This document shows positions 32,302-45,894 of a DNA stretch of 64,000 nt, one piece after another. The stretch is from Octopus sinensis. Its lineage: Eukaryota. Location: the NCBI RefSeq assembly GCF_006345805.1, contig NC_043005.1, positions 57,102,001 to 57,166,000 on the forward strand, written 5' to 3'. Each line of letters starts with the position of its first letter. Position 1 is the first letter of the stretch. A program made the translations under genes and the position numbers. Under the pieces are notes generated by a model. That model did no database searches and was not told where the DNA came from. It saw only the letters and a program-made list of their open reading frames with translations.

Positions 32302-32670
32302 GCCGGGCGAAATGCGTAGCCGTAGTTCGTCTGCCGTTACGTTCTGAGTTCAAATTCCGCCGAGGTCAACTTTGCCTTTCATCTTTTCCGGGTCGATTAA
32401 ATAAGTACCAGTTACACACTGGGGTCGATATAATCAACTTAATCCGTTTGTCTGTCCTTGTTTGTCCTCTCTGTGTTTAGCTCCTTGTGGGTATTAAAGA
32501 AATAGATAATTATTATTATTATTATGGCACGAGCTGGCAGAGTCGTTCGCGCGCTGGGCGAAATGCTTAGCGATATTTCGCCCGTCGCTACGTTCTGAGT
32601 TCAAATTCCGCCGAGGCTGAGACTTTGCCTTTCATCCTTTCGGGGTCAATTAAATAAGTGCCAGTTACGC
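32302..32670 (+). mobile_element. Two Nin-like SINE copies
   Basis: Family match. Confidence 0.8.
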
Positions 32671-33112
32671 TACTCTTGTGGAAAAAAATGTTAAATTATT
32701 ATTATTATTATTATTGTCGTTATTGTTATTATTATTATTCTACCTACCTACTCACCTACCTACTTACCTACCTACCTACCTACCTACCTACTTTCATACA
32801 TACATATGTACATGCACACACGTGTGCGTGTGTGAAGATTTGTCTTCTGTATTCTCATGTTTTCACAAAAGATGTCATTTATATGTGATGATCCGACCGT
32901 CGCCGGTAGTCTGCCTCACAGCTATGGTAGGTAGCATCACATGTTGCTGTATTTCATTAATTAATTCATTCTTTCTTTCATTATGGGATTATGTTTGCAT
33001 GTTGGAAATTTTCACACGAGCATAGACCAATTTTGTAAAAGGTGTGCCCGCCTACATTCACAAATGTTTTGCATGCTTGTACGTGCTTGTGATGTGTGTA
33101 TATGTATGTATG

Positions 33113-33146
<34 letters not shown>

Positions 33147-33168
33147 TGTATGTATGTATGTATGTATG

Positions 33169-33202
<34 letters not shown>

Positions 33203-33204
33203 TG

Positions 33205-33238
<34 letters not shown>

Positions 33239-33381
33239 TGTATGTATGTATGTATGTATATGTGTGTGTGTATGTGTGTGTGTGGGTGGGGGGTGGTTGG
33301 GTAGGTGGATGGGTGTGTGAGTACGTGATGGGTGCGCGCATGTGTGTGTGAAAGCGCGCGTATATAATCCAAAGTATAGTT

Positions 33382-34662
33382 ACAGAGTGTCCCAGGAAGA
33401 TTTACCCACGTTTAAAACTCTTTCTAAAGATTATCGGTTCAGGTAATATTGTCTACATTTTACATAAAGATTTGCAAACATCTTTTGTTCATGTGGTTGT
33501 TGTTTCGTTCATCTATAACAATTTTGTAAACAAACATGGTGTCGAAAGCAAAACATGATCAGATTGCCGCTTTGAAAGCAGCGGGAGTGAGCAACAAGGT
33601 CATAACAAAATAGTTAAATGTGTGCCGTAAAACAGTGTTCAATGCTTGAAAACGATATATGGAGACCGCTACTACCTCCAGCGATCAATTCATACCAAAT
33701 AAACTGTTGAGACTGTGAAAATGCGAATGAACCGAAATCCCCGTTGGAGCGCAAGAAATACTGCAAAAGTTCTTGATATTTCGAAATCGTCAATGCACAG
33801 GATTTTTAAAGAGGATTTAAAGCTAACTACAAACAAGAAACAGACCCGGCAGTTAATTTCAGCAGCTTCAAAGAAGAAACGGCTCGACAGGAGTAAAACC
33901 AAGTTAGCTGAGAAGAAGTGCGCCGCTAACAAAGTGTTGATCTGGTCCGACGAGATGATCTTCACCGTGGAGGCAGTTACCAACAGGCAGAATGATAGGC
34001 TTTATACACGTAATGCAGGAGACTTGCCAGAAGGTAGCAGGAGTCATTTACGCGATCAAAAGCCAGCTTCACTCATAGTGTGGGCTGCAGTTGCATCTGA
34101 TGGGTGCAGGTCTCACTTGCTCTTCGTTAATGCTGGCGTCAAGGTCAACAGTGAAGTTTATGTGAAAATGCTGGATGAGAAAGTGTTGCCTTGGGTCACA
34201 CAGAAAACTTTGATGACCGTTGAATCTTCACTCAGGATGGGTCTCCGGCCTATATATCCAATTTGACACAGAGGTAGTACAAAGAGCATTTCAGCAGTTT
34301 GGGGGACAAGACAATATGGCCTCCTTCAAGTTCAGACATCAATCCCATGGACTTTGCCGCCTGGTCCATCTTAGAGAGTAATGTTTCTGCTCGTTCCTAT
34401 TCAAATGTGTCAGATTTGAAGGAAGCCCTAGTCTTCATGGGTCAAGTTGAATAAAGAGGTGGCACGGCGCTCATGCAACTCAGTGACCACTTGTTTGCAA
34501 GCTATGACCATGGCGAAAGGTGATTTTGAAACGTAACTCCTGCAACGGACTGAGAATTTATATATAATGACTTGTGAATGAAAGGTAGTTCAATGTGTCC
34601 CAATAAATTTCATTTCATATCTTCGTGTTTTTCGTTGTTAGAGGCAAATAATCACGTTATGT
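33382..34662 (+). mobile_element. Tc1/mariner element, maT/DD37D-like, decayed
   Basis: IWSDEMIF..NRQNDRLY, VWAAVASDG, TQDGSPA, WPPSSSDINPMDFAAW (third catalytic residue D); starts TA|CAGAGTGTCCC. Confidence 0.8.
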
Positions 34663-35249
34663 ATTTACATTGCTCACATGTGATTGCTTAACAATTTCTC
34701 GGTCTGTCTGTCTGCCTGTCTGTCTGTATGTGTGTGTGTGTGTCTGTATATATGTATGCATGTATGTATGTATGTATGTATGTATGTATGTATGTATGTA
34801 TGTATTATGTATGTGTGTGGTAATAGTATACCTGAATATATGCATGTTGCCTGCTGCAGGTAATGTATATGTCTATTATGTGTATGTTTATGAGCTATCT
34901 GTCTTTGCATCTACGTGAACCAGAAGTAGTGTAGCTAGAGAGGTAGGGACTGAGGGAGGCAATCGCTCTCCTCTGCCGGGCGCATGCGCGAAGGGGCATA
35001 ACATTTCCTTTCGTCTTTCATAACCGTTAGTTAAGTGTGAGTGCCAAAAATAAATTTGCCCTTCTAAAGTGCTAAGAACCCTTGCTCTGGTACTAATGTA
35101 AATATATGTTACTGAGTATCTGTTGTTGTATAATCGACTGTATTTGAAATATATAATCACTCTGTTCTTTTTTGGAGAACCCTAATATTTCAAGGTTTCT
35201 CTACAGATCTTTTACATAACCCAATTCACCTATGATTAAAGGTATAAAT

Positions 35250-37830
35250 GAAAAAAAAAATCTATAGCTAGGATATAAGAGCTGTAAGTTTCTCATTATT
35301 TCTCCATAAATGTTTTCCTTTTCACCAATTCTCAACATGATATTCACATCCATTGGGAAGCTGAGCTCTACAACGGTGCATGATGTTTACTCCCTCTCCT
35401 GTACAGAATCTGGCCTGTTATGCTTATACCGGGCTACTGTCTGTATTGGAATGTTCTACAAAGGTGTGAATACTTTCTAGATCTGGTAAGACTTGGGCAT
35501 GACCGCCAGAACAATCGTTTCTGCGTATAGCACTGTATATGATTTTAACGACAATGGCATGCTCCGACGGAAAGTGGTCTCTTGCGAATATTTTTCAAAA
35601 ACTGCTGATATCGTGATCACTGCTATGACACAATCGATATTTTCCATCACAATTTGGAGGTTTTGCGGCATAGCTAATCAAGTATTTAAAAACTGCTGAT
35701 ATCGTGATCACTGCTATGACACAATCGATATTTTCCATCACAATTTGGAGGTTTTGCGGCATAGCTAATCAAGTATTTAGAAGCTATCTCTTGTTACTGG
35801 ATATCAAAAGTGTAGCTTTCTAGGTGAGAGTGATGTATTTATTACAGATCTAAGAGAGGTTACTATTTCTGTCATCATACTATATCATAATGTTGTTGGT
35901 ATTCTTTAGCTTGCGGGATAAGTACCCATGCATAACTTTCTGTTGGTATGATGAGTATTTCTCCTCTAAATCTGCTTAAGTAGGTCAATCCAACTACTTT
36001 TGGTTCATATGGAATATGCATACTCGGAATACTTGTTCAAGAGCCCTTCGCCTAATCTCACGATGTTATTACTTTCTCTGTTGCACATACACTCGATATA
36101 CACGTTTCTCTCTTTAACGTAGAGATGCGTCATCTAAGTACACAATGCAGCATTCAAAGGCCGTCTGGACTGATCTTATGCCTCCACATCCAATCCTCCG
36201 TTTACATAGATCCTATCAGTGTCACTGTTAGTGCAGAAATTACCAGTCCTTGTCAGTATCTTTCTGGTTCTGTTGTCCAAGCGGTAGATTTTTTTTCACT
36301 TGTCTAGTCTGGCATCCCAAATGTTGACATTAACACTGATACTACGAAAGCATTGCGGGATAGGGTTTTATTGAATGCACAAAGCCCTGATCTCCGTCCC
36401 TTTCGAAGTCTGCTGAAGCATTCTTCTGTCACTCCAGTTTTACTCACAGCACCAGCATATGCAATATTCTAGTCGAATCTTAGGTATTTATAAAATTCAT
36501 CACGGGTGATAAAGGAGATAGAGCACTGGTATCCATATTCCCCACCTGGTCGACAAACTTTTACCCCACACCCCGTTCACTTCTAAATATAAACGCTTAA
36601 GCTGACCAAACCATATTCTTGTGTCGTGCGAAAATGTTGTGACCAGTTCTAACTGTCCCTTGGTGTCGCGAATATTACTTAAATATGATATAAGTTTACC
36701 AACCAAACGGAAGTGGGTAATATTAATTTTTCTTTCGTCAACAGATACTAATATGTAATCCTTGCATTTCCTTAAGAGGGCTGATAAGAGAATCAATGAT
36801 AGGCAGAAAGACATTTTTAATAAGTTGCCACTCTGTCCCAGCTGATGCCCTAATTCTTTTAGTGATTATAATGATAACTTCAGTTCTTATAAACTCTGTG
36901 GATCATGTTGTTGTCAGTCTCTTAATGGCATGGACTATAACGGCTGGAACCTAAGCCAAGCGTAGTAACTCTATTATCCGTGAGTGAAGAACAGAGACAA
37001 AGCCTTTTTGTAGATTTCGCCAGTGCTATTTCGCTTCCTTAAGAACAACTTACTTGATGATGAGCAGTTCGATACAGTCCCAGACACTTACCCTTTTTTC
37101 CTGCAATCTGGGACTTTTTTTTCGATAATTAAGATTTTCATTTACCTTTCGCAGTTTGTATTTAAGAGTAATTAGTATGCTCGTTAGTTATTCTTATCGA
37201 CGGTTCCAGTAGACTTTAAATAACCTATCGTAAAGACGCAGCTGGTGGCTAGTGAATTTATTATTCATTTCGCATTTAATGATAGCGTTTAACTGCCCAA
37301 TATTTTTTCTGAACCTATCGGTATTAGCACGGAGAAATGTAATCCATTTTGGTTGTTTCTTCTCATCACGATTAATATTTGTTATTCCCAGTTATTGGAG
37401 GAAAAGGTACTCTGAGCGCAGTATAGTAGAACATTCAAAGACCAAAGTTTCGAATTCTCGGTCACTGCAAGTTGTTTCTTAGCTTCTTGATCCATCATGT
37501 ATAATATCATGTCTGAAAGTTTCCTTTCTGTTCAGGTGGTGATTGTTTTCTCATGTAATAGTTTATTAGTGTAGGTGGCAAAGTTTTGATTGAAACTGTG
37601 GTTCCAGTTGTTTATATCCTTCACTCGTAACTTGTGTTTGTTCATGGTCAGCTTCTACTCGTTCGCTTAATACTAACATCTTCATCTTACTCTGATTGTT
37701 ATCGTATCAGTTGCATCCCTTGTTGTTTACAGTTTTCTCAGAAGAAGAGTTCACTTGTTTTGTTTGAATCATTTAATATACGATTTTCATGTTCTCAAGC
37801 AAGTTATTCTCGCTGAATGCTGCTTGTCAA
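35250..37830 (-). mobile_element. Highly decayed APE/RT LINE, probably RTE-like
   Basis: Scattered minus-strand motif remnants resembling GDFNAK, EQ.GF, GV.QG..LSP and Y.DD in the expected order. Confidence 0.4.
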
Positions 37831-37982
37831 CGTTGCTCTTTGGCATTGAAGTGCGAGCGGTTGTACGTATGTATGTATGTATGTATGTATGTATGTATGT
37901 ATGTATGTATGTATGTATGTATGTATGTATGTATGCATGTATGTATGTATGTGTGTGTATGTATGTATGTATGTATGTATGT

Positions 37983-38019
<37 letters not shown>

Positions 38020-38444
38020 TGTATGTATGTATGTATGTATGTTTGCATGTATGTATGTATGTATGTATGTATGTATGTATGTATGTATGTATTTATGTAT
38101 GTATGTATGTCATCATTCAATTTTATTCCAAGATTTGTTGCCAATAGAGAAAGAGCCAGTTTCTACACTAGATCCAAGGCTCTTTGATTGGAATTTCACC
38201 AATATACATATTGTATTTTTGCATGTATGTGTATATATGTGCAATATTTGGAATTAGTACGTGTTCAGATTTGTATGTTTTGTTTAATGCATGTATTCCC
38301 ATGCATATAGTTGCATGTATAGACATGCGCATATATATTTAAATGGTAAACTTCTGGAAAGTTTTACAAATTTTTAGAGTTCCAGTGACGGACTGGATCT
38401 TTAGTCTTCGATAACTCTATGGATCATTTCTTCTGGAATGGTGA

Positions 38445-38923
38445 AATGTGATTTCTTCTTGTGGGGATATTGAAAATCAAAAGTATTCAGTCATTGCCCT
38501 CGATCTATTGATGAATTAAAACGTGCAATTTGTGTAGAAATAGCAACCATTCCAGAAGAAATGATCCATAGAGTTATCGATAACTTCCATGAACGTCTCC
38601 AACAGTGTGTTGACAATGATGGGAAGCATTTAGCTGATTTAATTTTTTAAACTTAATGAAATAAAATGGCATTATATGTACATTCAGAAAATAAAATTTT
38701 TCGTTTCATTATTTCTTATTTTGTGCTTTTATTAAGCCTCCAAATATGTCAGATCATTTTGGTCCACCCTGTTTCATATTTCTTATTTTGTGCTTTTATT
38801 AAGCCTCCAAATATGTCAGATCATTTTGTTCCACCCTGTATTCTCGTAATTTTTCGTTCATTATTCTTATTTTGTGCTTTTATTAAGCCTCCAAATATGT
38901 CAGATCATTTTGGTCCACCCTGT
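38445..38923 (+). mobile_element. Tc1/mariner (DDD-type, rosa/Tc3-like) 3' end with triplicated right terminus
   Basis: CDFFLWGY*KSKVF..P.SIDELKRAI..EIATIP...RLQQCVDNDGKHL; TIR end ...CCACCCTG x3. Confidence 0.8.
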
Positions 38924-39145
38924 ATTCTCGTGAATACGAATATCATACTGTGGCTTGAAATGGTCTCGTATTGAATAGCTCCTTTGTGTCTCAGAAGAGG
39001 TTTTCTATTTCTTTCTTTACTGTAAGTGGCTTAGTCAGAAGGGGAAGGAGTAACGTATATGTCTCTTTCTCAGAATCATCGAAGCTGATGAGCGGGAGAA
39101 AAGGCGTTGCTCTCAGAACGGAGAGCTGGTCCGAATGTTTGCACT

Positions 39146-41165
39146 CAAGGAAATTACAGTTGATACCCAAGAACAAAAACCATGTCAGACAGTATTATAG
39201 ACCTAAATGTCTGTTTACCTTAGTGTCACCGTCGTCTTTTATCTTTTACTTGTTTCAGTCGTTAGACTGCGGCCATACTGGACCACCGACCTGAAAGGTT
39301 TAGTCAAACAAACCAGCCACTGCACTTTTTATTTTAAATCTCGTACTTATTCTGTCGATCTCCTTTATCGAACCGCTAGGTCACGCGGACATACACAAAC
39401 CAGTCTGAGTTCAAATTCCACTGAGGTCGACTCTGCCTTTCATCCTTTTGGGGTCTATAAATCAAGTATCAGTTGCGTACTGGGGATCGATCTAATCGAC
39501 TGGCCCCTCCTCCAAAATTTCGGGCCTTGTGTCTAGAAAAGAGTCTAGTCAGTTAACTAATTTCATGGTAACTGTTTGTGTATTGCATTTTATATAAATT
39601 TACACCATATCACTTTCACGGCTTAATTTATTATCTTTTGCCGAACCGCTAAGTTACAGGGACATAATCTCCGTCTTACAAATTTCATTCGTAAAAGTTT
39701 GGTCGATCCGAAACAGTGGTAGAAAACTCTCGTTTAAAAGCCGTGCATTGGGACTGAAACCCAAGGTAAGTAGTTGCGAAATTCATCTTCTTAACCACAC
39801 AACCAGAACTACTACGACTACTTATATATAGATTGATGGTGGGTTTTGTCATTATTTCATGACAACAGAAGAGATTTGTTTCGCTATCTTTAAACTGATC
39901 TTTCAATGAATCCCTCTTGAGTTAAGAAACATATGGTGTAGGCACAACATATTTTCATTGAGCTGCCAACAAGACTTTGATTGAATCACTGCTGGTAAAA
40001 GGTCTGAAAGCACGAACTGGTCTACTGCGATGGAGATCATAGTCTTATCTACATTATCTACTTTGAGCTGCCACTGAACGTTGATTGAATCATCTCAGTT
40101 AAGAGGTTTGAGAACGTCAGTTGATCTTCCACTAATGTTCAACCTTATTTAGACTTTGATGAATAGGTTTAAGATTCATTAATCATAGAGATATAGAACA
40201 AATTTTTTGTTGTTATAAATTCTGACAAACACAATCCAGTAAAAAGAATTATACTGTGTAATAAAATTTTTATTTATTTGTTTGATTTCGATCAGTAAGT
40301 GTTATTTCCTATTTGCTTCTATCTAGAAATCAAAGGAAATGACTACTATTCCCTTCAAACTTTGCTTTTGTCACCTGGACATCAATGTTTTGAAACTAAT
40401 CTATTTTCCATTTCATTTCAGACAGAATTGAGCGAATATTCAGATTTGCTTGTTAGTTGATTGACCTTAACCACTTGAGCAGGTCCCTTAATGGATGACA
40501 ATACCTGCACCTCTGATCATGAGCAGGAGTAGTGGAGGAGCATCATAGCCATATGTTGAGAGGGATTCTCTGGAGATTGAATAATTGTAACAAAAACAAA
40601 GTTCAAATGAAATATTAGCCATTTTTCATGCATTCTAGGGGTAAATAAATAGGAAATTACAGTTGATACCCAAGAACAAAAACCATGTCAGACAGTATTA
40701 TAGACCTAAATGTCTGTTTACCTTAGTGTCACCGTCGTCTCTTATCTTTTACTTGTTTCAGTCGTTAGACTGCGGCCATACTGGACCACCGACCTGAAGG
40801 GTTTAGTCAAAACAAACCAGCCACTGCACTTTTTATTTTAAATCTCGTACTTATTCTGTCGATCTCCTTTATCGAACCGCTAGGTCACGCGGACATACAC
40901 AAACCAGTCTGAGTTCAAATTCCACTGAGGTCGACTCTGCCTTTCATCCTTTTGGGGTCTATAAATCAAGTATCAGTTGCGTACTGGGGATCGATCTAAT
41001 CGACTGGCCCCTCCTCCAAAATTTCGGGCCTTGTGTCTAGAAAAGAGTCTAGTCAGTTAACTAATTTCATGGTAACTGTTTGTGTATTGCATTTTATATA
41101 AATTACACCATATCACTTCAACGGCTTCATTTATTATCTTTTGCCGAACCGCTAAGTTACAGAGA
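39146..41165 (+). repeat. ~515-bp direct duplication (39146-39660 and 40652-41165)
   Basis: Near-identical from AGGAAATTACAGTTGATACCC to GCTAAGTTACAG. Confidence 0.9.
40290..40675. mobile_element. Foldback/MITE-like element; second copy 52415-52820 in reverse
   Basis: Arms TTTCCTATTTG..CTTCAAACTTTGCTTTTGT versus ACAAAAACAAAGTT..AAATAGGAAA. Confidence 0.6.
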
Positions 41166-42195
41166 CATAAACGCACCAGCACCGGTTGTTAAGCGGTGAT
41201 GGGATACACACACACACATATATCCATATATACATGCGTACAACGGGCTTCTTTTAGTTTCCATCTACCAAATCTACTCTGACGGCTTTGGTCGGCCCGG
41301 GGCTAAAGTAGAAGACACTTGCCCAAAGTAGCATGCAGTAGGACTGCATGGTACCTTGCAGATAGATCTATCTGGTGTTTGTTGTAACTTAGATAAGAAA
41401 CTAGGAACTCACCGCCTTCTGGAAAACCAAGGGTAGCTTTCTGAAAGAAATATAAAATTTGAGGGGGAGATAATTTCACTGGAATATGTTCTGATGATTT
41501 TATTTTATTCAAAGCCTATCTTTTCCACTAATTAGGAAATTGAGAAGCAAGTATTTTTGTTTCTTAATCTACACTTGTAATTACGTTTTAAAAATGTAAA
41601 TATAAACTGTGGTCTATCACAAGTATTCAGCTGTCATAATGTGCATCCTTTTAGAGAGGGCCTTGGACACTATTTTAAAGAACAGTTAGGCAAGATAAAG
41701 TAAAAGTTGCTTTAAAAATTTAGGTTGGCTGTTAAAATTTGTTTCCATTTAGTTAGGGTTTTATAAATGATTATATTTTTTAATAAAAATAACATAATAG
41801 GCTGTGTGGTAAGTAGCTTGCTTACCAACCCCATGGTTCCAGGTTCAGTCCCACTGCGTGGCACCTTGGGCAAGTGTCTTCTACTATAGCCGCGGGCCGA
41901 CCAATGCCTTGTGAGTGGATTTGATAGACGGAAACTGAAAGAAGCTCGTCGTATATATGTATGTGTGTGTGTATATGTTTGTGTGTCTGTGTTTGTCCTC
42001 CCCAACATCGCTTGACAACCGAAGCTGGTGTGTTTACCTCCCCGTAACTTAGCAGTTCGGCAAAAGAGTCCGGCAGAATAAGTACTAAGCTTACAAAGAA
42101 TAAGTCCTGGGGTCGATTTGCTCAACTAAAGGCGGTGCTCCAGTATGGCCACAGTCAAATGACTGAAACAAGTAAAAGAGTAGAGAGAGTAAAAG
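41135..42195. mobile_element. Microsatellite SINE copies (- 41135-41350; + 41800-42195)
   Basis: Family match; 3' tail CAGTCAAATGACTGAAAC. Confidence 0.85.
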
Positions 42196-43332
42196 AGTAG
42201 AGATTAAGTAGTTTACAATATTTGTTAATACAACCTTGTCAAATGGCAATTAATTTCAATGCGGCTTTCTAACATAAAACGGTCCCTTGATACTGTATTT
42301 TTATATCCATCAGTAATTTTTAAGTTTTTGTGATTTTAGATGATACTAATCGCCACTAGACCATGATTTTTAGACCAAGAGGTTATTCGTGCATAGTTCA
42401 ACGTTTAAATAACGACAGTAGTATCATCATATCAAGATTGCACAACGAGAAGTGTAAAAGCCTGGTTTATGCTCAACACGGACAAGTAACGTTTACTTAG
42501 ACTGTGCATGAGGAATACTCATCGAGTAAAGGTTTCTCAGAACAAACATGAACTCATTGAAAAGACTGATTGATAGACTCGAACTAGATTCAAGTATTTA
42601 CAGCTTTTACTCCATAAATCTTCTAAAGAGCAAGAAACAAACAAACAAAAAATACTGATATACTGTACTAAAGTGTGTATATTTTCTTTAGCAATTCTCT
42701 GACTTCACATCGGGATTTTTGTTCACGAGAAATTGCGAGAATTTGCTAGTGTTACCCCAGGAACACCTACTTGCGAGAATTCTCTACTATTATCCTAGGA
42801 ACACCTACGAAACACTCTGATCATGAACGTTCCTTTTACCATTAATTATATATTACAGTTCATTTTATTTACACTCCAGAATCTGTAAGATATTGGCATG
42901 TCGCACTATTTTTTAATGACTCATTCAGTATTCCTGTATTCTGCAGCAGCGTACCATCTTGTCGATAATATTTCTAATTCAAGGTTTCCAGTTTCCAACC
43001 TTATTACCTGTTTGTATCATATTCTAATCAATATCACAGGTCAACAAGTAATTTTTCATCAGAGGTAATTTTATGATTATTTAAGCTATCATTTTTTTTT
43101 TCGCACTAGTTCTGCAGCTAATCTTTTTTCAACGATATATATATATATAAATATATAATAAATATTAGGGAATAAATCCAAATTTACAGGGAAAAATCAG
43201 ATTTAGGATTGAATCCAATTTTATAGTAAAATATTATATAATATTAATTAGAGACAAATTGATAAATTTATATTATTTATAGTTTTAGCCATTTTAAGTT
43301 TATTTTTTAGAATATTGATATTTTTAGATATG

Positions 43333-43386
43333 AAATCCACCTGATGAATGTCATTTGAAGACAGGAAACAATTGTAGTGGCGATTT
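43333..43386 (+). ncRNA. Hammerhead ribozyme in module 43160-43470
   Basis: aaat-ccac CTGATGA a TGTC atttgaa GACA g GAAA CAATTGT A gtgg-cgattt; stem III palindrome ACAATTGT; closing pair of stem II mismatched. Confidence 0.8.
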
Positions 43387-43486
43387 ATTTACTTTATATT
43401 AAAATTTTTTTATGTATTGATTAAGTCTTTCCTTGTTTGATTTGCAAAATAGTGGTTTTGTCTCTAATTAATATTATATGTATATA

Positions 43487-43651
43487 TATAGCATATGTTT
43501 TGTTTGAACCTGTCATTCTGCCCGTAGTAACATCAACTTCAGCAATGTTTATTTGTACTGAAGCATAATCTTTGGTAGCAATAATGCTATTACTGGCTGA
43601 ACATTTCCTTGGGATATACATATCCACGAATTCACCTGCTTCGTTCTGCAT
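43487..43651 (-). pseudogene. RPS21: 40S ribosomal protein S21 retrocopy, 3'-truncated
   Basis: [55 protein letters not shown]: 55 uninterrupted codons, then (TA)n. Confidence 0.93.
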
Positions 43652-43735
43652 AATCCTTTCTTTATTCTAAGAAAATCTTAGTTAAAATGGACGTCCATTT
43701 TAACTAAGATTTTCTTAGAATAAAGAAAGGATTAT
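43650..43735. repeat. Perfect 86-bp spacerless palindrome
   Basis: ATAATCCTTTC...AAAATGGAC|GTCCATTTT...GAAAGGATTAT. Confidence 0.95.
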
Positions 43736-43999
43736 ATATATATATATATATATGGAAAGAAGGGGAAAAGAGAATGAGAAAGAGAGAATAAGTGCTAAGT
43801 TAAGGCTTAATCATAATTAAGAGGGGTTGTAGAGACTTTATGTAATGGGCAAAAGTTTCTCTTATAGCCACTCTTTACCCCGTGGACCTAGTCCTCAATA
43901 AAGATTTCAGAGTTCAAATCATTCGAGCACTACTGCGTGTTTTCTATTCTGAGCATCTTTACCCCTCCTTAATATGCATACGCGCGCACGCACACTAAC

Positions 44000-44118
<119 letters not shown>

Positions 44119-44269
44119 AATCTTTCTGTCTGTCTGTATGTATACAGACAAATACATACATACATACATACATACATACATACATACATACATACATACA
44201 TACATACATACATACATACATACATACATACATACATACTGCTTCGAAACCTTCAGCTTCTATATCTAG

Positions 44270-44450
44270 ACTATGAATTCATATTCATACCAATAATAAT
44301 TGGAGCACTAGGCTTTGTTAATAAATGCTTAAAGGAGAATCTGGATAAACTGGGATTTTCAGGAAGAGAAATCGACCGGCCGATTCGTACAAGTGCAATC
44401 TGTGAGTGGAACAGTAAAAGTTTGCAAGACGTTTCTTAAGTTATAAATGT
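44270..44450 (+). mobile_element. RLE LINE C-terminal fragment
   Basis: FIFIPIIIGALGFVNKCLKENLDKLGF. Confidence 0.55.
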
Positions 44451-45339
44451 GAATTTGTCTGTGTTAACTACATCCCAAAGATTCAGTTTTGTAGATTCAG
44501 TTTTGACTGGGACTTTAATTTGCGCTCGATAGTTTATTCAGCCAGTAGAGATAACTTGCATTTATAATGATTCTAACTTGGTTAACTTGAAACAAAACAT
44601 AAATGGCTACAAGCATTTGGACCAGAACTCTGTGCCGTCTGAGCTTACTTTCTTTCCTTTAGTCGCTGCTGGAAGACTTGGGAAAGGTAATAGGTGCTCT
44701 CCTTTCTCACCTAATTAAGTCAGGCGCCTACAAAAACAAACACAAAAGAAAAAATAGCAGGTTGTGTGTTTTCAACAAAGAGTGCTCAAGATGAATTTGC
44801 GCCAAAGTATCCAGCATTAAGTGTAACTACTACATGTCAAACGTGTTAATAATTAGCTAAGAGACGAACTCATCATTGGCCTTTGTTATTTCAAATTGGA
44901 GACCTGCCTTTTCGGTTGAGGGAGGTTTCTAATAACTGGAAATGCTATTGTCTTTGTCCATGTATATGTTTGTATGAGTAGATGTGTATATCTATCTATG
45001 TGTGTGTATGTGTGTGTGTATGCACGTGTGTGGCTAAGTTTTTGTGTGTGTGTGTGGGGGGGGCCAAGTGTGTGTGTGTGTGCGTGTGCAGGTGTGAGTA
45101 TGTATATGTATCTGTGTGTATACGTGTGCATGTGATCATGTATGTGTGTGTGCGCGTGTGTATGTGTATGTATATCTGTGTGCATGTTGTTGCGTGAGCG
45201 TGTATATGTGCATGTCTATGTGCGTATGTTTCAACATGTATGTGTGTCTAAGTGCATGTGTCTAAGTGCGTATGGCTATGTGTGTGTATATATGTGTGTG
45301 TCTGTGTGTGTTTGTGTGTATATGAGTGTGTGTGTGGCG

Positions 45340-45621
45340 AGAGAGAGAGAGAGAAAGAGAGAAAGAGAGAGAGAGAGAGGAAGAGAGAGAGAAAGAGAGA
45401 GAGATAAAGAGATAGATAGAGAGAAAGAGAGAGAGAAAGAGATAGATAGATAGATAGAGAGAAAGAGATAGATAGAGAGAGAGAAAGAGATAGATAGAGA
45501 GAGAAAGAGATAGATAGAGAGAGAGAAAGAGATAGATAGATAGATAGAGAGAAAGAGATAGAGAGAGAGAGAGAAAGAGATAGATAGAGAGAGAGAAAGA
45601 GATAGATAGATAGATAGAGAG

Positions 45622-45665
<44 letters not shown>

Positions 45666-45816
45666 TAGAGAGAGAGAAAGAGATAGATAGAGAGAGAAAG
45701 AGATAGATAGAGAGAGAGAAAGAGATAGATAGATAGATAGATAGATAGAGAGAAAGAGATAGATAGAGAGAGAGAAAGAGATAGATAGATAGAGAGAAAG
45801 AGATAGATAGAGTGAT

Positions 45817-45892
<76 letters not shown>
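45340..45892. repeat. Compound (GA)n/(GATA)n satellite
   Basis: Recurring GAGAGAGAAAGAGATAGATA unit. Confidence 0.95.

Positions 45893-45894
<2 letters not shown>

Noticed and set aside
35597-35779. 92-bp tandem duplication (also 5787-5852 and 42732-42810)
   Set aside because: Simple local duplications with no further structure
38705-38925. CRISPR-like repeat-spacer array
   Set aside because: Duplicated transposon terminus; no unique spacers or cas genes; eukaryotic context
43421-43651. Functional RPS21 gene
   Set aside because: The C-terminal third is replaced by (TA)n and repeat sequence
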